DNA of 32,000 nucleotides. It comes from Candidatus Saccharimonadota bacterium. Its GTDB lineage: Bacteria; Patescibacteriota; Patescibacteriia; 2-12-FULL-60-25. Numbering within the stretch: position 1 is the stretch's first letter; every line of letters begins with the position of its first letter. Made by a program: the position numbers and the translations under genes. This document shows, piece after piece, positions 1 to 8,803 of this stretch. A model generated the notes under the pieces. It saw nothing but the letters and a program-made list of their open reading frames with translations. It was not told where the DNA came from and ran no database searches. Location of the stretch: assembly GCA_963718585.1 (NCBI GenBank), contig OY970357.1:780001-812000 (forward strand). The letters are read 5' to 3'.

Positions 1-1958
1 ACCACGGTCCCGAGATCATATCCGAAATTACTGCCCGACAAGGTCAGATATTCTTGCTGCGGCCCCTGCCCCGGATCGATGGATGTCAGGACCGGTGCCG
101 CGCCGTAGGTCTTATTGAGCACCGTGTACGTTGCCGGATTGGAGATGCCGGCGGTCGTCGTGACATAGACCGGGTAGTTCCCCGCATCGACGACTGGAAC
201 ATGGATACGGACGTCGGTGTCCGTCCAACTCGGGAATGAGGAAAGCACGCGGCTCAAACTCCCGAAGTACACACTCGATGGCGCCGTCCCGAACCCACTT
301 CCAATGACGTCTGCCTCATCATTCACATACCCAGACGACGGTTTGATCCCGCAAACACCTGGATGGGCCACGTCATTCGCAAGGAAATCCGCGAGGTGCG
401 GACCATCCGTATCATCCGTCCGATCGGTCAACGTTGAACTCGCATTCCGGATCTGGATCGGCCCTGATGCCGCTCCATCCGGAACGGCGACGATGGCCTG
501 GGTCGCACTCCACGTAGACAGACCGGCCGCCGTACAGACCGAGGGAGGTGCCGCGACACGATCGTCATTCGGATCCGCCGGATCACCGAGGAAGGTCACG
601 GTCCCAGGCGTGTCACCGAAGTTCACGCCGAGCAGGGTCACGAACGTCCCCGGGCGTCCATTGTTCGGACTCATCTGCGTGATGATCGGTTTGACGACGC
701 AGACATTGCTCTGACAGAAACCGGAAGAACACTGACTGTTCGTGGAACACGTCCCACCGGTACACGCGCCGCAATACTCCGCACTCGATGGATCTCCACC
801 ACAATCGATCCCGGTCTCGCCCTTATCCGCATCCAGCTTTTGGTTGAAACAGTGTTCTGCACGGACCACGACGTTCACGCCCGCGCTCTGTGTGACATTC
901 GTATCCAGATCCGATGCGCTGGCGGTCAATGTGTGGGTCCCCAACGTGACACCGGCCGTATTCCAAAGGAGATGCGCCGTGAACGGGGTAAACGGAGGAC
1001 CCGCAGGTGCATCCATCCCGATCTGGGTGTTGCCATCCGCAGTCCCCTCGACCGTTGAGATCCCACTGTCATCGGTCGCATCCGCGTAGACGTCCTGCGT
1101 CAAACTGTTCACCGGCACAGACATCCCGTCTGTCGGGAACGTGACGCTCACCTGCGGCGGCTGCGTGTCAACGAGATCCCCCGTATGGAAATCCACCGTG
1201 CATGCTAAGGCGAATCCGCCGCACGTGACCGTCTGACCGCCGCTTGATTTGAGGGTCTTTGCGACCGTGACCGTGAAATCCGCATTGGCATCAAAACATT
1301 TCCGCGTCTGATTCGGTGCCGGACAATCTGCGGACGGGGTGAATGTCGCGAGACTCCCGCTCACGTCGACCGTTCCCCCCACGGGTGCGCCTCCTTCGGT
1401 CACGGTGATCGCGCCAGCGCTGGACGGATCGATGGCTTTGCTCAGCAGGATCTTTACCTGCACGTTCCGCAACGGAACATCCCCCTGCGGGGTGATGGAT
1501 TGGATGACAAAGACCTGACCCGGAGAACCGCCGCTGAATCCGCCGGTATACCCAGGACCCGTACCGCCGGTGACCGTTCCGCCGCTGGTCGTGGCCTGCA
1601 AGAGACGATCGATGACGAATCGCGCAATAGCCCAGGACGAAAGGATGATGATGAGTCCGATGATCGCATTACGAATGATCGCTTTGGCCTTTGTCGTCTT
1701 TTCCGCTTCCCCGCCCGAGGTCATGTACAGGAACCCGGCGTACAAGATGAGGACCACCATGATGATGGCCAGGAGCCCGAGCGCGACATTGATGAGATTC
1801 GCCGCGATGACACGCGGATCATTGTTCGGAAGCTTGATCGTCTGACCCACGGCGTTCAGCCCGGTATCGACCTGCGCATGGACCGGCGCAATGAGAAAGG
1901 CACCGGCGCCCGCGAGCGACAGACTGATCGTCAGGACAGTTAGCAGGCGACGGATCAT
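1..1958 (-). CDS. Large secreted surface protein, C-terminus cut by the window edge. Signal peptide plus TrbC/VirB2-like pilin module, then Ig-like (SbsA/Big_5-like), Cys-rich and IPT/TIG-like repeats.
   Basis: Not in the ORF track because it has no stop in the window. My reverse-strand translation from ATG (1958..1956) stays open to position 1. It reads MIRRLLTVLTISLSLAGAGAFLIAPVHAQ...ILYAGFLYMTSGGEAEKTTKAKAIIRNAIIGLIIILSSWAIARFV. Later come EHCFNQKLDADKGETGIDCGGD...CGACTGGTCSTNSQCSSGFCQSNVC, PIITQMSPNNGRPGTFVTLLGVNFG and PVLTSIDPGQGPQQEYLTLSGSNFG. The start overlaps the upstream stop (ATGA). Confidence 0.8.
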   Translation of the reverse strand, partial: MIRRLLTVLTISLSLAGAGAFLIAPVHAQVDTGLNAVGQTIKLPNNDPRVIAANLINVALGLLAIIMVVLILYAGFLYMTSGGEAEKTTKAKAIIRNAIIGLIIILSSWAIARFVIDRLLQATTSGGTVTGGTGPGYTGGFSGGSPGQVFVIQSITPQGDVPLRNVQVKILLSKAIDPSSAGAITVTEGGAPVGGTVDVSGSLATFTPSADCPAPNQTRKCFDANADFTVTVAKTLKSSGGQTVTCGGFALACTVDFHTGDLVDTQPPQVSVTFPTDGMSVPVNSLTQDVYADATDDSGISTVEGTADGNTQIGMDAPAGPPFTPFTAHLLWNTAGVTLGTHTLTASASDLDTNVTQSAGVNVVVRAEHCFNQKLDADKGETGIDCGGDPSSAEYCGACTGGTCSTNSQCSSGFCQSNVCVVKPIITQMSPNNGRPGTFVTLLGVNFGDTPGTVTFLGDPADPNDDRVAAPPSVCTAAGLSTWSATQAIVAVPDGAASGPIQIRNASSTLTDRTDDTDGPHLADFLANDVAHPGVCGIKPSSGYVNDEADVIGSGFGTAPSSVYFGSLSRVLSSFPSWTDTDVRIHVPVVDAGNYPVYVTTTAGISNPATYTVLNKTYGAAPVLTSIDPGQGPQQEYLTLSGSNFGYDLGTV

Positions 1959-3856
1959 GGCGTTTGGAGAATGGTCTGACAATCCGCGGACGTGGGCGAA
2001 TTCCGACAGCAATTCGGCGTCCCCTTTCCGGTCCCGCCCCCGCAAGCACCCGCTGGATTGAAACAATTCTGATACGAATCCTGGATACCGGAGAGCAGAT
2101 ACGGATCGTAGAGGTTCAAATTCGACACGCCGTTGCCAGACGGAAGGAACGGCCGATGCGTGATGGAGATCGTTGCCCCGGCCGGCACGGTCGGCGGCGT
2201 GGCGTTGGGATCGTACGCCGTCCCATCCGCGTTCACGAGCCGTAACCCGGCCGCGAACCAGAACGTATCCGGATTCGTCTCATCCTTGCCATGCGCACTT
2301 AACTTCACATTATCGCTGTTCACCGTGGATGGCTGGAGCAGGGTATCGAATTGCGCCTCCACCGCCTGATCCAACGGAACGTTCGAATCCGTCCCCGCAC
2401 TTGGATCCGCATCTGGCGTGGTCGCCACGACCTGGGGCGGCGTGAGCTTGATCGTGTCGTTCGTCCCGAATCCCCAGACAAAATCATCGGCCGGCCGGCC
2501 CTCGGCCTGACCGTTGGCATTTCCATCTAGCGAGTTGCCCGCCACGCTGACGGCACCGTTGTACCCGTTCGATGTGAAGATCGCTTGTGGCGGCGAGGTG
2601 GAGTCGACGTCCGCCGCATGCGCCGTTACCTGGATCGCCGCATTCGCCGGCAGACAATAGACTTCCCTGCCGCACGAATTCGTCCCGCATAATGCCGTCG
2701 TCACGAACTCAACGGTCTGATAATGATTCGAGATACGGAACTCTCCCGGGACTGGCGTGGTCGGCGGCGCGCCGCCCGATCCGGAGAGCACTTCAAGATT
2801 CGAGAACCCTGGGACCTTGCCCGTGACCGACGTCGGATCCATCGGCTTGCTGAAATAGAACTGGATCACGATATTCCGGAAATTATCGGTCCCGGATTCC
2901 GGCACGACGGCCGTGATCGTCGGTGGCGTGAGATCGACCTGGGTCGACACCTGGAAATCCCACGAATACCCCGAACTGAAACTCCCGGAGAATGCCGCGG
3001 GATGCGTATTCCCGGAGGTCTCATCTAACTGGACACCATTGGTTCCTCCAGACAGATCGACCTGATAATCCACGTTGACGGTCGGACTCCCGAGATAATC
3101 GACGGGGCGGATCACGTACGTCCGATGATCTGCCGTGTAGGAGACGCTCGCCTGTGAACTCGAGAGTGCCGTCGACGGTCCCCCGCCCTGTCCCGTGCGA
3201 TAGACCTTCACCACATCGCTGTTCAAACCCGTCACCGTATTACTCGCCGCTTCGGTCCACCCGGAGATGAATGACCCCGGATAGATCGGCTGCTTGAAAG
3301 TGATGATGATCTTGGTGTTGCGCGGCACGCCGGTCGCATCGCGTTCCGGATAATGTGACTCGATGATCCCGGCGCCCAACGACCCGGATGACGAAGGCAG
3401 GGAGATCGAGACCTGTCCGCTCGTGAGCGGCGGCAGGATACCGCCTCCGCCACCCTGTCCGGCAAAAAAACCGATGATGAAATTCGTGATCGCGAATGCG
3501 GAGACGATCAGGATCAATCCGATGATCGCGTTCCGGATCGTTCCTTGCGCCTTCTGCACCTTTTCCGCATCTCCCCCCGCCGTCATCCATTGATATCCGG
3601 CGTAGAGCATCAGGATCAGGAAGATGATCCCGAGAAACCCAAGGAAGATGTTGATGATCCGTCCGATGATCGTCGGAAGATCTGCCTGCGACTGCACACC
3701 GGCTGCCTGCGCCGTCTGCTGAAAGTTCTGTTGGATGTTCGAGACCTGCGCCATCACTGGCGTCGTGAACGCCAACGCAAAGAAGGCCGACGCGAAGACC
3801 ACCGACCGCAAGGCGCGACGCCAAAAAGGATCACGAGCGAAGATGGGTTTTCGCAT
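1955..3856 (-). CDS. Secreted surface protein, paralogue of the downstream gene. Signal peptide plus TrbC/VirB2-like pilin module, three SbsA/Big_5-like Ig domains, Cys-rich C-terminus.
   Basis: 633-aa ORF. N-terminus ...FFALAFTTPVMAQ is followed by LMLYAGYQWMTAGGDAEKVQKAQGTIRNAIIGLILIVSAFAITNFI (two hydrophobic helices around a GGxAEK loop). Repeats resemble HYPERDATGVPRNTKIIITFKQPI, VVPESGTDNFRNIVIQFYFSKPMDPTSV and TTPDADPSAGTDSNVPLDQAVEAQFDTLLQPSTV. The C-terminus is CFNPAGACGGGTGKGTPNCCRNSPTSADC. Confidence 0.85.
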   Translation of the reverse strand: MRKPIFARDPFWRRALRSVVFASAFFALAFTTPVMAQVSNIQQNFQQTAQAAGVQSQADLPTIIGRIINIFLGFLGIIFLILMLYAGYQWMTAGGDAEKVQKAQGTIRNAIIGLILIVSAFAITNFIIGFFAGQGGGGGILPPLTSGQVSISLPSSSGSLGAGIIESHYPERDATGVPRNTKIIITFKQPIYPGSFISGWTEAASNTVTGLNSDVVKVYRTGQGGGPSTALSSSQASVSYTADHRTYVIRPVDYLGSPTVNVDYQVDLSGGTNGVQLDETSGNTHPAAFSGSFSSGYSWDFQVSTQVDLTPPTITAVVPESGTDNFRNIVIQFYFSKPMDPTSVTGKVPGFSNLEVLSGSGGAPPTTPVPGEFRISNHYQTVEFVTTALCGTNSCGREVYCLPANAAIQVTAHAADVDSTSPPQAIFTSNGYNGAVSVAGNSLDGNANGQAEGRPADDFVWGFGTNDTIKLTPPQVVATTPDADPSAGTDSNVPLDQAVEAQFDTLLQPSTVNSDNVKLSAHGKDETNPDTFWFAAGLRLVNADGTAYDPNATPPTVPAGATISITHRPFLPSGNGVSNLNLYDPYLLSGIQDSYQNCFNPAGACGGGTGKGTPNCCRNSPTSADCQTILQTP

Positions 3857-3930
3857 GGATGAAGGCGCTCGATTTCTCTGTCAGTATACACGAAACGTCG
3901 GCGAAGACCTAGCCAGATACCCGTCCATAC

Positions 3931-3959
3931 GAAAATCCACCCGGACATGCCGGGTGGAT
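3931..3959 (-). terminator. Rho-independent terminator after the rpsU/yqeY-like unit
   Basis: Minus-strand RNA forms a perfect 10-bp stem, AUCCACCCGG-CAUGU-CCGGGUGGAU, followed by UUUU. It lies 15 nt past the stop at 3974. Confidence 0.65.
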
Positions 3960-3973
3960 CTCGATCCGTACGG

Positions 3974-4414
3974 TCAAGACAAGAGTCTTTGGAGGATGGC
4001 ACGGACCGTATTCCCGTCCGCCCGACCATCGATCTGCTTCATCACCGCGCCCATCGCCTTCCCCATATCTTTGGCTGTGGCGCCGGTCTCGGCGATCACC
4101 GCCTGCGCGATCCGTTCGATCTCCGCTTCAGACATTGGGGCAGGGAGATACCGCTCGATGAGCTCGACCTCCGCCTTCTGCTTTTCCGCAAGATCCGTGC
4201 GACCCGCGGATTCGAAATCCGAGAGCGCATCCTTGTACTGTTTGACGAGCGTCCGCATCACGGCCGTCGCCTCTTCATCACTCAATGCGTGTCCAAGATC
4301 GATCTCTTTGTTCTTGAACGCGGAACGAACGAGACGGAGCGTGGAAAGCGCCGCCTCATTCTTGGCCTTCATGGCCTCTTTGAGGTCATGATCAATGGTC
4401 TCGAGGATGGTCAT
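3974..4414 (-). CDS. GatB/YqeY domain protein
   Basis: 146 aa. MTILETIDHDLKEAMKAKNEAALSTLRLVRSAFKNKEIDLG...ERYLP...GKAMGAVMKQIDGRADGNTVRAILQRLL matches the YqeY family pattern. It sits directly downstream of rpsU, as is common. Confidence 0.85.
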   Translation of the reverse strand: MTILETIDHDLKEAMKAKNEAALSTLRLVRSAFKNKEIDLGHALSDEEATAVMRTLVKQYKDALSDFESAGRTDLAEKQKAEVELIERYLPAPMSEAEIERIAQAVIAETGATAKDMGKAMGAVMKQIDGRADGNTVRAILQRLLS

Positions 4415-4423
4415 GGGTGTGGG

Positions 4424-4663
4424 TTAGCGCCGGCGATACCGGGGCTCTTCTTTCAACTGACCGGTCTTGAGGAGATATGCATGCTCTTGTCGCTTATCTT
4501 CGCGGTAGAGCGCGCTCTCGCGCAACGCATTGCGGCTCCGATTCTTGTTCTTGAAGCGCAACTTCTTGGCTTGGAGGATCCTCCCGCTCGACTGGACGCG
4601 ACGCGAAAACCGCCGCAATAGGGCGTCAAACGTCTCGCCTTTCCGTCTCTTCACTTCTGCCAT
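4424..4663 (-). CDS. rpsU: 30S ribosomal protein S21
   Basis: 79 aa, very basic. VKRRKGETFDALLRRFSRRVQSSGRILQAKKLRF matches the S21 signature. AAAGGA lies upstream of the ATG. Confidence 0.9.
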   Translation of the reverse strand: MAEVKRRKGETFDALLRRFSRRVQSSGRILQAKKLRFKNKNRSRNALRESALYREDKRQEHAYLLKTGQLKEEPRYRRR

Positions 4664-4714
4664 GGGGACACCGTCCTTTCTACAAAGATGATTTCTGACT
4701 GTTTCGACCGGCCC

Positions 4715-4743
4715 AGCGTAGCCAAAATGAGGGCCGCCGTCAA
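4715..4743 (-). promoter_or_regulatory. Sigma-70-like promoter for rpsU
   Basis: The minus strand reads TTGACG, a 17-nt spacer, then TACGCT. It lies about 50 nt upstream of the rpsU ATG. Confidence 0.35.
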
Positions 4744-4772
4744 CCCAGGAAGCGAACGGTCTTTTGGGAGGA

Positions 4773-6128
4773 TCAGCTCCGTCCCAACTTCTTTTTCAGC
4801 TCCTGGATGACCTTGCGTGCATCCACGATCTCCTGCGTACCCGAGTCCATATCACGGATGACGGCCGTCCCATCAAGGACTTCCTTCTGACCGACGATCA
4901 CGGCGAATTTCACCTTGCGACGATTGGCCAATTCCATCTGCACTTTGATCGCATCCTTTGAAAATGCCTCGACCGCCGTGATCCCCGCCTTGCGCAGATC
5001 CTCGAAGATCACGATCGCCTTCTTCCGTCCCTGGTCGCCGAGCTGGGCGACGAAGACATCCGCCGCCTCCTCTGGGAACTCCGTGTTCATCTCCTTCAAT
5101 CGGAGGAAGACCCGATCAAGACCCATGCCGAATCCGGCCGCGGGCGTCGGACGACCACCAAGGACCTCGGCCAACCCATCGTACCGTCCTCCCCCGCCGA
5201 GCGCGGACTGCGCCAAGTCCTGATCAGACGAATTCGCGTACAGTTCAAAAACGGTCCGCGTGTAATAGTCGAGCCCGCGAACGAGATACGGATTGAGTTG
5301 ATACGGAACACCGAGCTCATCGAGGAACTCAAGGACACGCATGAAATGCGATTTCGAATCCTCATCAAGCCAGTCCACGATCTGCGGCGCCTCCGCCTTC
5401 ATCTCCTCCACGACCGGATCCTTGGAGTCGAGCAGGCGGAGCGGGTTCTTGAGCAGGCGCTTTTTATCTTCATCATTCAACTTCGCCCGCTTGGAACGGA
5501 AGTACGTGACGAGCGCATTCTTATAGTTGGCACGTGATTCGGGCGTCCCGATCGAGTTGATCTGGACCGTCGTCTCGATCCCAAGTTCACTCGTGAAGAG
5601 CCACGCGAGAAACGCGAGCTGCGCATCCACGATGGGATTCTCATCCCCCAAAACTTCACACCCCCAGCTCCAGAACTGTCGATACCGACCATGCTGTGGC
5701 CGGTCATGACGGAACATGGGCGCGAGGTACCACAACTTCACCGGCTGCGGCAGATTCAACATGCCGTGTTGGATGTACGAACGCATCACGGGCGCGGTCA
5801 TCTCCGGACGGAGCGATAACTTCTCCCCGCTTTCGGTCTCAAAACTATACAGCTCCTTCTCGACGATGTCGGTCTGCTTCCCAACGCCGCGGACGAACAA
5901 TGCCGTCTCTTCGAGCACGGGCGTATCGATCCGTTCGTAACTGTACGCGGAAGAGAGTTCCTTCGCTTTTTCCCGCATCAAGTCCCAGATCGGCTGTTCC
6001 GCCGGGAGGAGGTCTTTCATCCCCCGGACGAGATTGATCGGGTTCGGCGCCTTCTTGGAAGGGGCATCGGTCTTCTTTGCACTCGTGTTCGTGGTCTTTT
6101 TCATGGGCATAGCCATTGCGCGGGTCAA
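4773..6128 (-). CDS. hisS: Histidine--tRNA ligase
   Basis: 451 aa. Class II HisRS features are VRGMKDLLP, LSLRPEMTAPVMR, GRYRQFWSWGCEVLG and GGGRYDGL, plus a C-terminal anticodon-binding region. The track start is TTG 6128, overlapping the lepB stop. ATG alternatives are at 6116, 6110 and 6104. Confidence 0.95.
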   Translation of the reverse strand: MTRAMAMPMKKTTNTSAKKTDAPSKKAPNPINLVRGMKDLLPAEQPIWDLMREKAKELSSAYSYERIDTPVLEETALFVRGVGKQTDIVEKELYSFETESGEKLSLRPEMTAPVMRSYIQHGMLNLPQPVKLWYLAPMFRHDRPQHGRYRQFWSWGCEVLGDENPIVDAQLAFLAWLFTSELGIETTVQINSIGTPESRANYKNALVTYFRSKRAKLNDEDKKRLLKNPLRLLDSKDPVVEEMKAEAPQIVDWLDEDSKSHFMRVLEFLDELGVPYQLNPYLVRGLDYYTRTVFELYANSSDQDLAQSALGGGGRYDGLAEVLGGRPTPAAGFGMGLDRVFLRLKEMNTEFPEEAADVFVAQLGDQGRKKAIVIFEDLRKAGITAVEAFSKDAIKVQMELANRRKVKFAVIVGQKEVLDGTAVIRDMDSGTQEIVDARKVIQELKKKLGRS

Positions 6129-6796
6129 ATAGAATATTGCTGCGGCTCAAAGAGCTTCCAACGGTCGAGCGGCCATCCGCGCAGCCAAACGCGTCCGACG
6201 ATGTTCGCACGCGGCACAGGCCCGAAGTAGCGCGAATCCAGACTCGCGATCCGGTTGTCACCAAGCACGAAATATTCATTCGACTTCAGGGTCACGGTCC
6301 GGGTCGTCGCCGTGTAATCCTGATCAAGATATTTACTCTCATTGAGGACGGCACCATTCGGATGTTCATCGTTGTAGATCTTCACCTGGCCGCCGGCGAT
6401 CTCGACGGTCTCGCCCGGCAGACCGATGACCCGCTTGATGAAGAACTGGGACGGATCATTCGGATACCGGAAGACGACGATGTCACCCCGCTCCGGCGTA
6501 TGGAATCGATACGTCAGCTCATCAATGATCAGATATTCATGATCGAAGAAGCTCGGCTCCATAGACGCACCTTTCACATAGAACGGCTGGACCAGGAAGT
6601 AGCGGACCGGAATGATGATGGCGAGCGAGATCGCCACGACCTGAACGAGTTCAAAGATGAGTCCCAGCGCAGCCTTGCTCGGTTTTTCATCGACGGGCCG
6701 CGGTTTGCGGGAAAATGGGAAAGTCATGTGGAAAAAAGTGTAGCCGATATCGACGGGGTTGTCGAGGGTATCAGCGGGCTGAAAATCGATCGGCAA
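6125..6796 (-). CDS. lepB: Signal peptidase I (S26)
   Basis: Motifs are GASMEPSF (Ser box), GDIVVFRYP, FIKRVIGLPGE (Lys box) and GDNRIASLDSRYFGPV. An N-terminal TM reads ALGLIFELVQVVAISLAIIIPV. The track start is TTG 6796; ATG 6727 is an alternative. Confidence 0.9.
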   Translation of the reverse strand: MPIDFQPADTLDNPVDIGYTFFHMTFPFSRKPRPVDEKPSKAALGLIFELVQVVAISLAIIIPVRYFLVQPFYVKGASMEPSFFDHEYLIIDELTYRFHTPERGDIVVFRYPNDPSQFFIKRVIGLPGETVEIAGGQVKIYNDEHPNGAVLNESKYLDQDYTATTRTVTLKSNEYFVLGDNRIASLDSRYFGPVPRANIVGRVWLRGWPLDRWKLFEPQQYSI

Positions 6797-6817
6797 AATC
6801 GGTCAACGATGGACGGA

Positions 6818-8050
6818 TCACACCCGGACAGCCGAGTGAAACGCCTTCCGAACGCGGGCACGGAACAATGCGCGATCGATCTGACGCGCCGCATGGACCG
6901 TGAGTCCGGCAACGACGGATTCCACGGACCCAAGGAGGGCGAGCACCCATCCATTGGATGCAGACGCCGGTGCCAGGATAAAGACGGTCGCAGCGATGAA
7001 CGGCGAGACCACCGCGCCGGCGAAGAGGCCAAGCCGTGCCGGATTGGTGAAGTCCTGTCGCAGAGCCAGCCCCCAAAGCGTCTGTCCGGATGACAATCGA
7101 AGCTTCCCTTCGTGGACCAGACGATCGAACGAGCGCAGATACAATCGGATCGATTGCAACGCCGTCGTCAACGACAACGCGACGGCCGAGAGTCCGAAGA
7201 CCACACCAGCCCAGCCGGGATGTCGGGCTTCGAGGAGCGGATGGACCTGGAACGCGCCATACGTCGCGATCAGGAACACCACGATGAGGATACGCGACCG
7301 TCGGATCAATTGGTTCCAAGTGAATCCGGAGCCACGCAGGGCAAAAAGCTCCGCGACCTCGGAGAGGAGATCGTCCGCACTTGCGGCAAAGACCTTTCCA
7401 AGCCCGGATAAGACGTGTTCGAGGACATGTGCGATCGGACCGATGATCAGGAGCGCTTTGATGATCGACTGGGCGACCTCGGTCCGCGTGTGGGCATTAT
7501 CAAAGGTCACCCGATTCACGATCACCTCGATGGCGTGCGGATAAAGATCCGCGTTGATCTCATCCACGAGCGTCTGCTCATGAGGTGTGACGCACTGGTT
7601 CCGGAGCGGGACGAGGACGATCTTCTTGAATTCGTGACGCTCGGAAAGGATGATCCGCACCTCTTCTGCAAGGTCGATCCCCTGCGCCGTGGCGGTCTGC
7701 AGATCCGCTTCCGAAAAGACCGGAACCTCTTCAAGACGCAGCAGCCGTTCCAACCACGGGAGCACGGTGTTGTGCTGAGACCCGCGTGCGATCCGATCGA
7801 CGGCGAGCAGTACGCGCTCAGGCGTCTTATCGACGGTCCGTACACCGATCCCCCAACCGCGTTCGAGGAGCTGTCGAAAGATCTCGAACCGCGACGGTCG
7901 GACCGCAAGAACATACCGGATCGCGAGTGGGAGATCTTCGGCATAGGCAAGCTCTGCCGGCGCGGTCACGACCCGAACGTGATACCGGTCGATCGGCGGC
8001 GTGCGACGGAAGGCGAATAAACGCTTCCACGCGGCGTCGATGGTCGTCAT
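6818..8050 (-). CDS. Hypothetical membrane protein: soluble N-terminal half, polytopic C-terminal half
   Basis: The track ORF is 6818..8080. I prefer ATG 8050 because TGaTACAAT (rc of 8058..8066) lies 7 nt upstream. Hydrophobic helices include ILIVVFLIATYGAF, WAGVVFGLSAVALSLTTAL, LGLFAGAVVSPFIAATVFILA and WVLALLGSVESVVAGL. No family recognised. Confidence 0.7.
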   Translation of the reverse strand: MTTIDAAWKRLFAFRRTPPIDRYHVRVVTAPAELAYAEDLPLAIRYVLAVRPSRFEIFRQLLERGWGIGVRTVDKTPERVLLAVDRIARGSQHNTVLPWLERLLRLEEVPVFSEADLQTATAQGIDLAEEVRIILSERHEFKKIVLVPLRNQCVTPHEQTLVDEINADLYPHAIEVIVNRVTFDNAHTRTEVAQSIIKALLIIGPIAHVLEHVLSGLGKVFAASADDLLSEVAELFALRGSGFTWNQLIRRSRILIVVFLIATYGAFQVHPLLEARHPGWAGVVFGLSAVALSLTTALQSIRLYLRSFDRLVHEGKLRLSSGQTLWGLALRQDFTNPARLGLFAGAVVSPFIAATVFILAPASASNGWVLALLGSVESVVAGLTVHAARQIDRALFRARVRKAFHSAVRV

Positions 8051-8057
8051 GCGATCG

Positions 8058-8066
8058 ATTGTATCA
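8058..8066 (-). promoter_or_regulatory. Extended -10 element (TGaTACAAT) 7 nt upstream of ATG 8050
   Basis: Read directly on the minus strand. I found no convincing -35. Confidence 0.3.
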
Positions 8067-8107
8067 CGTTGACAACCCATCCCAGGATTGAAAGACTTGC
8101 TTCAGCT

Positions 8108-8593
8108 ATGTCAGACATCCCCGCACCCGCGCCGATCAGAAGCTTCGAGGAGATCGACCGCATCCGACCATCTCTCGGCAGGATCGTCTGTACCTCCGGC
8201 GGATACGACCCGGTCCACCCGGGACATTTGAGTTGCATCACGGAATCCAAGAAGTTCGGCGACACGGTCGTCGTGATCGTCAATGGGGATGGATTCCTCA
8301 CACGGAAGAAGGGCCGACCGTTCCAGAATCTCGAGACGCGCTGCCGGATCATGTCATATGCCCGTGGCGCGGATATCGTCGTCCCGTTCGAGATCGAAGA
8401 TGATCAGACGGTGCGCGAGGCGCTTCGCCGACTCAAACCCGACGTCTTCACCAAAGGTGGCGACCGCTGCTCGCCCGAGACCATTCCCGAGTGGGACGTC
8501 TGTCAGGAACTCGGGATCACGGTCGAGACCGGCGTCGGCGAACCCAAGAACTGGTCCAGCTCCGACTTCCTCGCGAAATGGAAGGAGACATAA
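8108..8593 (+). CDS. Cytidylyltransferase-like (HxGH motif) nucleotidyltransferase, RfaE-domain-II/TagD/RibL-like
   Basis: The track ORF starts at a TTG (8069) inside a TTGACA hexamer; the first ATG is 8108. GGYDPVHPGHLSCI is followed by VVVIVNGDGFLTRKKGRP and KPDVFTKGGD, the pattern of small HIGH-type nucleotidyltransferases. Confidence 0.75.
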   Translation: MSDIPAPAPIRSFEEIDRIRPSLGRIVCTSGGYDPVHPGHLSCITESKKFGDTVVVIVNGDGFLTRKKGRPFQNLETRCRIMSYARGADIVVPFEIEDDQTVREALRRLKPDVFTKGGDRCSPETIPEWDVCQELGITVETGVGEPKNWSSSDFLAKWKET

Positions 8594-8617
8594 AAAAGAG
8601 GCTTGCAGCCTCTTTTT
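8593..8617 (+). terminator. Rho-independent terminator
   Basis: The stem AAAAAGAGGC-ttgca-GCCTCTTTTT starts at the stop codon. The A/T tracts on both sides would allow it to work in either direction. Confidence 0.7.
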
Positions 8618-8620
8618 CTG

Positions 8621-8639
8621 ATGGTGGACGCACCAGGAT
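8621..8639 (-). repeat. Orphan 19-nt copy of the tRNA-Val 3' end (direct repeat of 8803..8821)
   Basis: ATGGTGGACGCACCAGGAT is identical at 8621..8639 and 8803..8821. In the tRNA it covers the last 2 nt of the T-loop, the T-stem 3' strand, the acceptor 3' strand and CCA, plus 1 nt beyond. Confidence 0.9.
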
Positions 8640-8769
8640 CCGCATCGTCCCCCGGATCAATTCCGGGGCACTCCCACGAAAACCTTCGGGTTTTCGTGAG
8701 CTTTCCTCGCCATGTGAAATCGCACGGTTTCACCCTTCCCTGTTCGGATCCTGCAAGTCATCGCAGATG
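8640..8769. other. Structured non-coding element of unknown class
   Basis: A long-range helix, CAGGATCCG (8632-8640) with CGGATCCTG (8745-8753), encloses three hairpins. These are CCCCGG-atcaatt-CCGGGG, CACGAAAACC-TTCG-GGTTTTCGTG and GTGAAA-tcgcacgg-TTTCAC. The strand is unresolved: a UUCG tetraloop favours plus, while the tRNA-like ...GGUGCGUCCACCA end favours minus. Confidence 0.3.
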
Positions 8770-8801
8770 AAATAAGACCCGCCAGATGGCGGGTCTTATT
8801 T
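8770..8801. terminator. Bidirectional hairpin terminator (ends the tRNA-Val transcript on the minus strand)
   Basis: Perfect 14-bp stem AAATAAGACCCGCC-agat-GGCGGGTCTTATTT with U-rich tails in both orientations. Confidence 0.65.
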
Positions 8802-8803
8802 CA

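Noticed and set aside
6116-7093. 325-aa plus-strand ORF
   Set aside because: It is antisense to lepB and to the 6818..8050 gene. It is Arg/Asp-rich and low in complexity, with no motifs, while the minus-strand frames carry clear family signatures. Long antisense ORFs are expected in GC-rich DNA.
8622-8769. Known-RNA interpretations of the structured element: SRP RNA, RNase P RNA, tmRNA, T-box, or a tRNA with an intron
   Set aside because: There is no SRP helix-8 GGAA/AGCA motif. GAGGAAAGCTC and AAGGGTGAAA resemble RNase P blocks, but they are in the wrong order and the element is far too short. No 5' acceptor strand (GGACGCA) or T-arm precedes the CCA-like end. GGTGGAcgCACC only superficially resembles a T-box, and no aminoacyl-tRNA synthetase gene follows.
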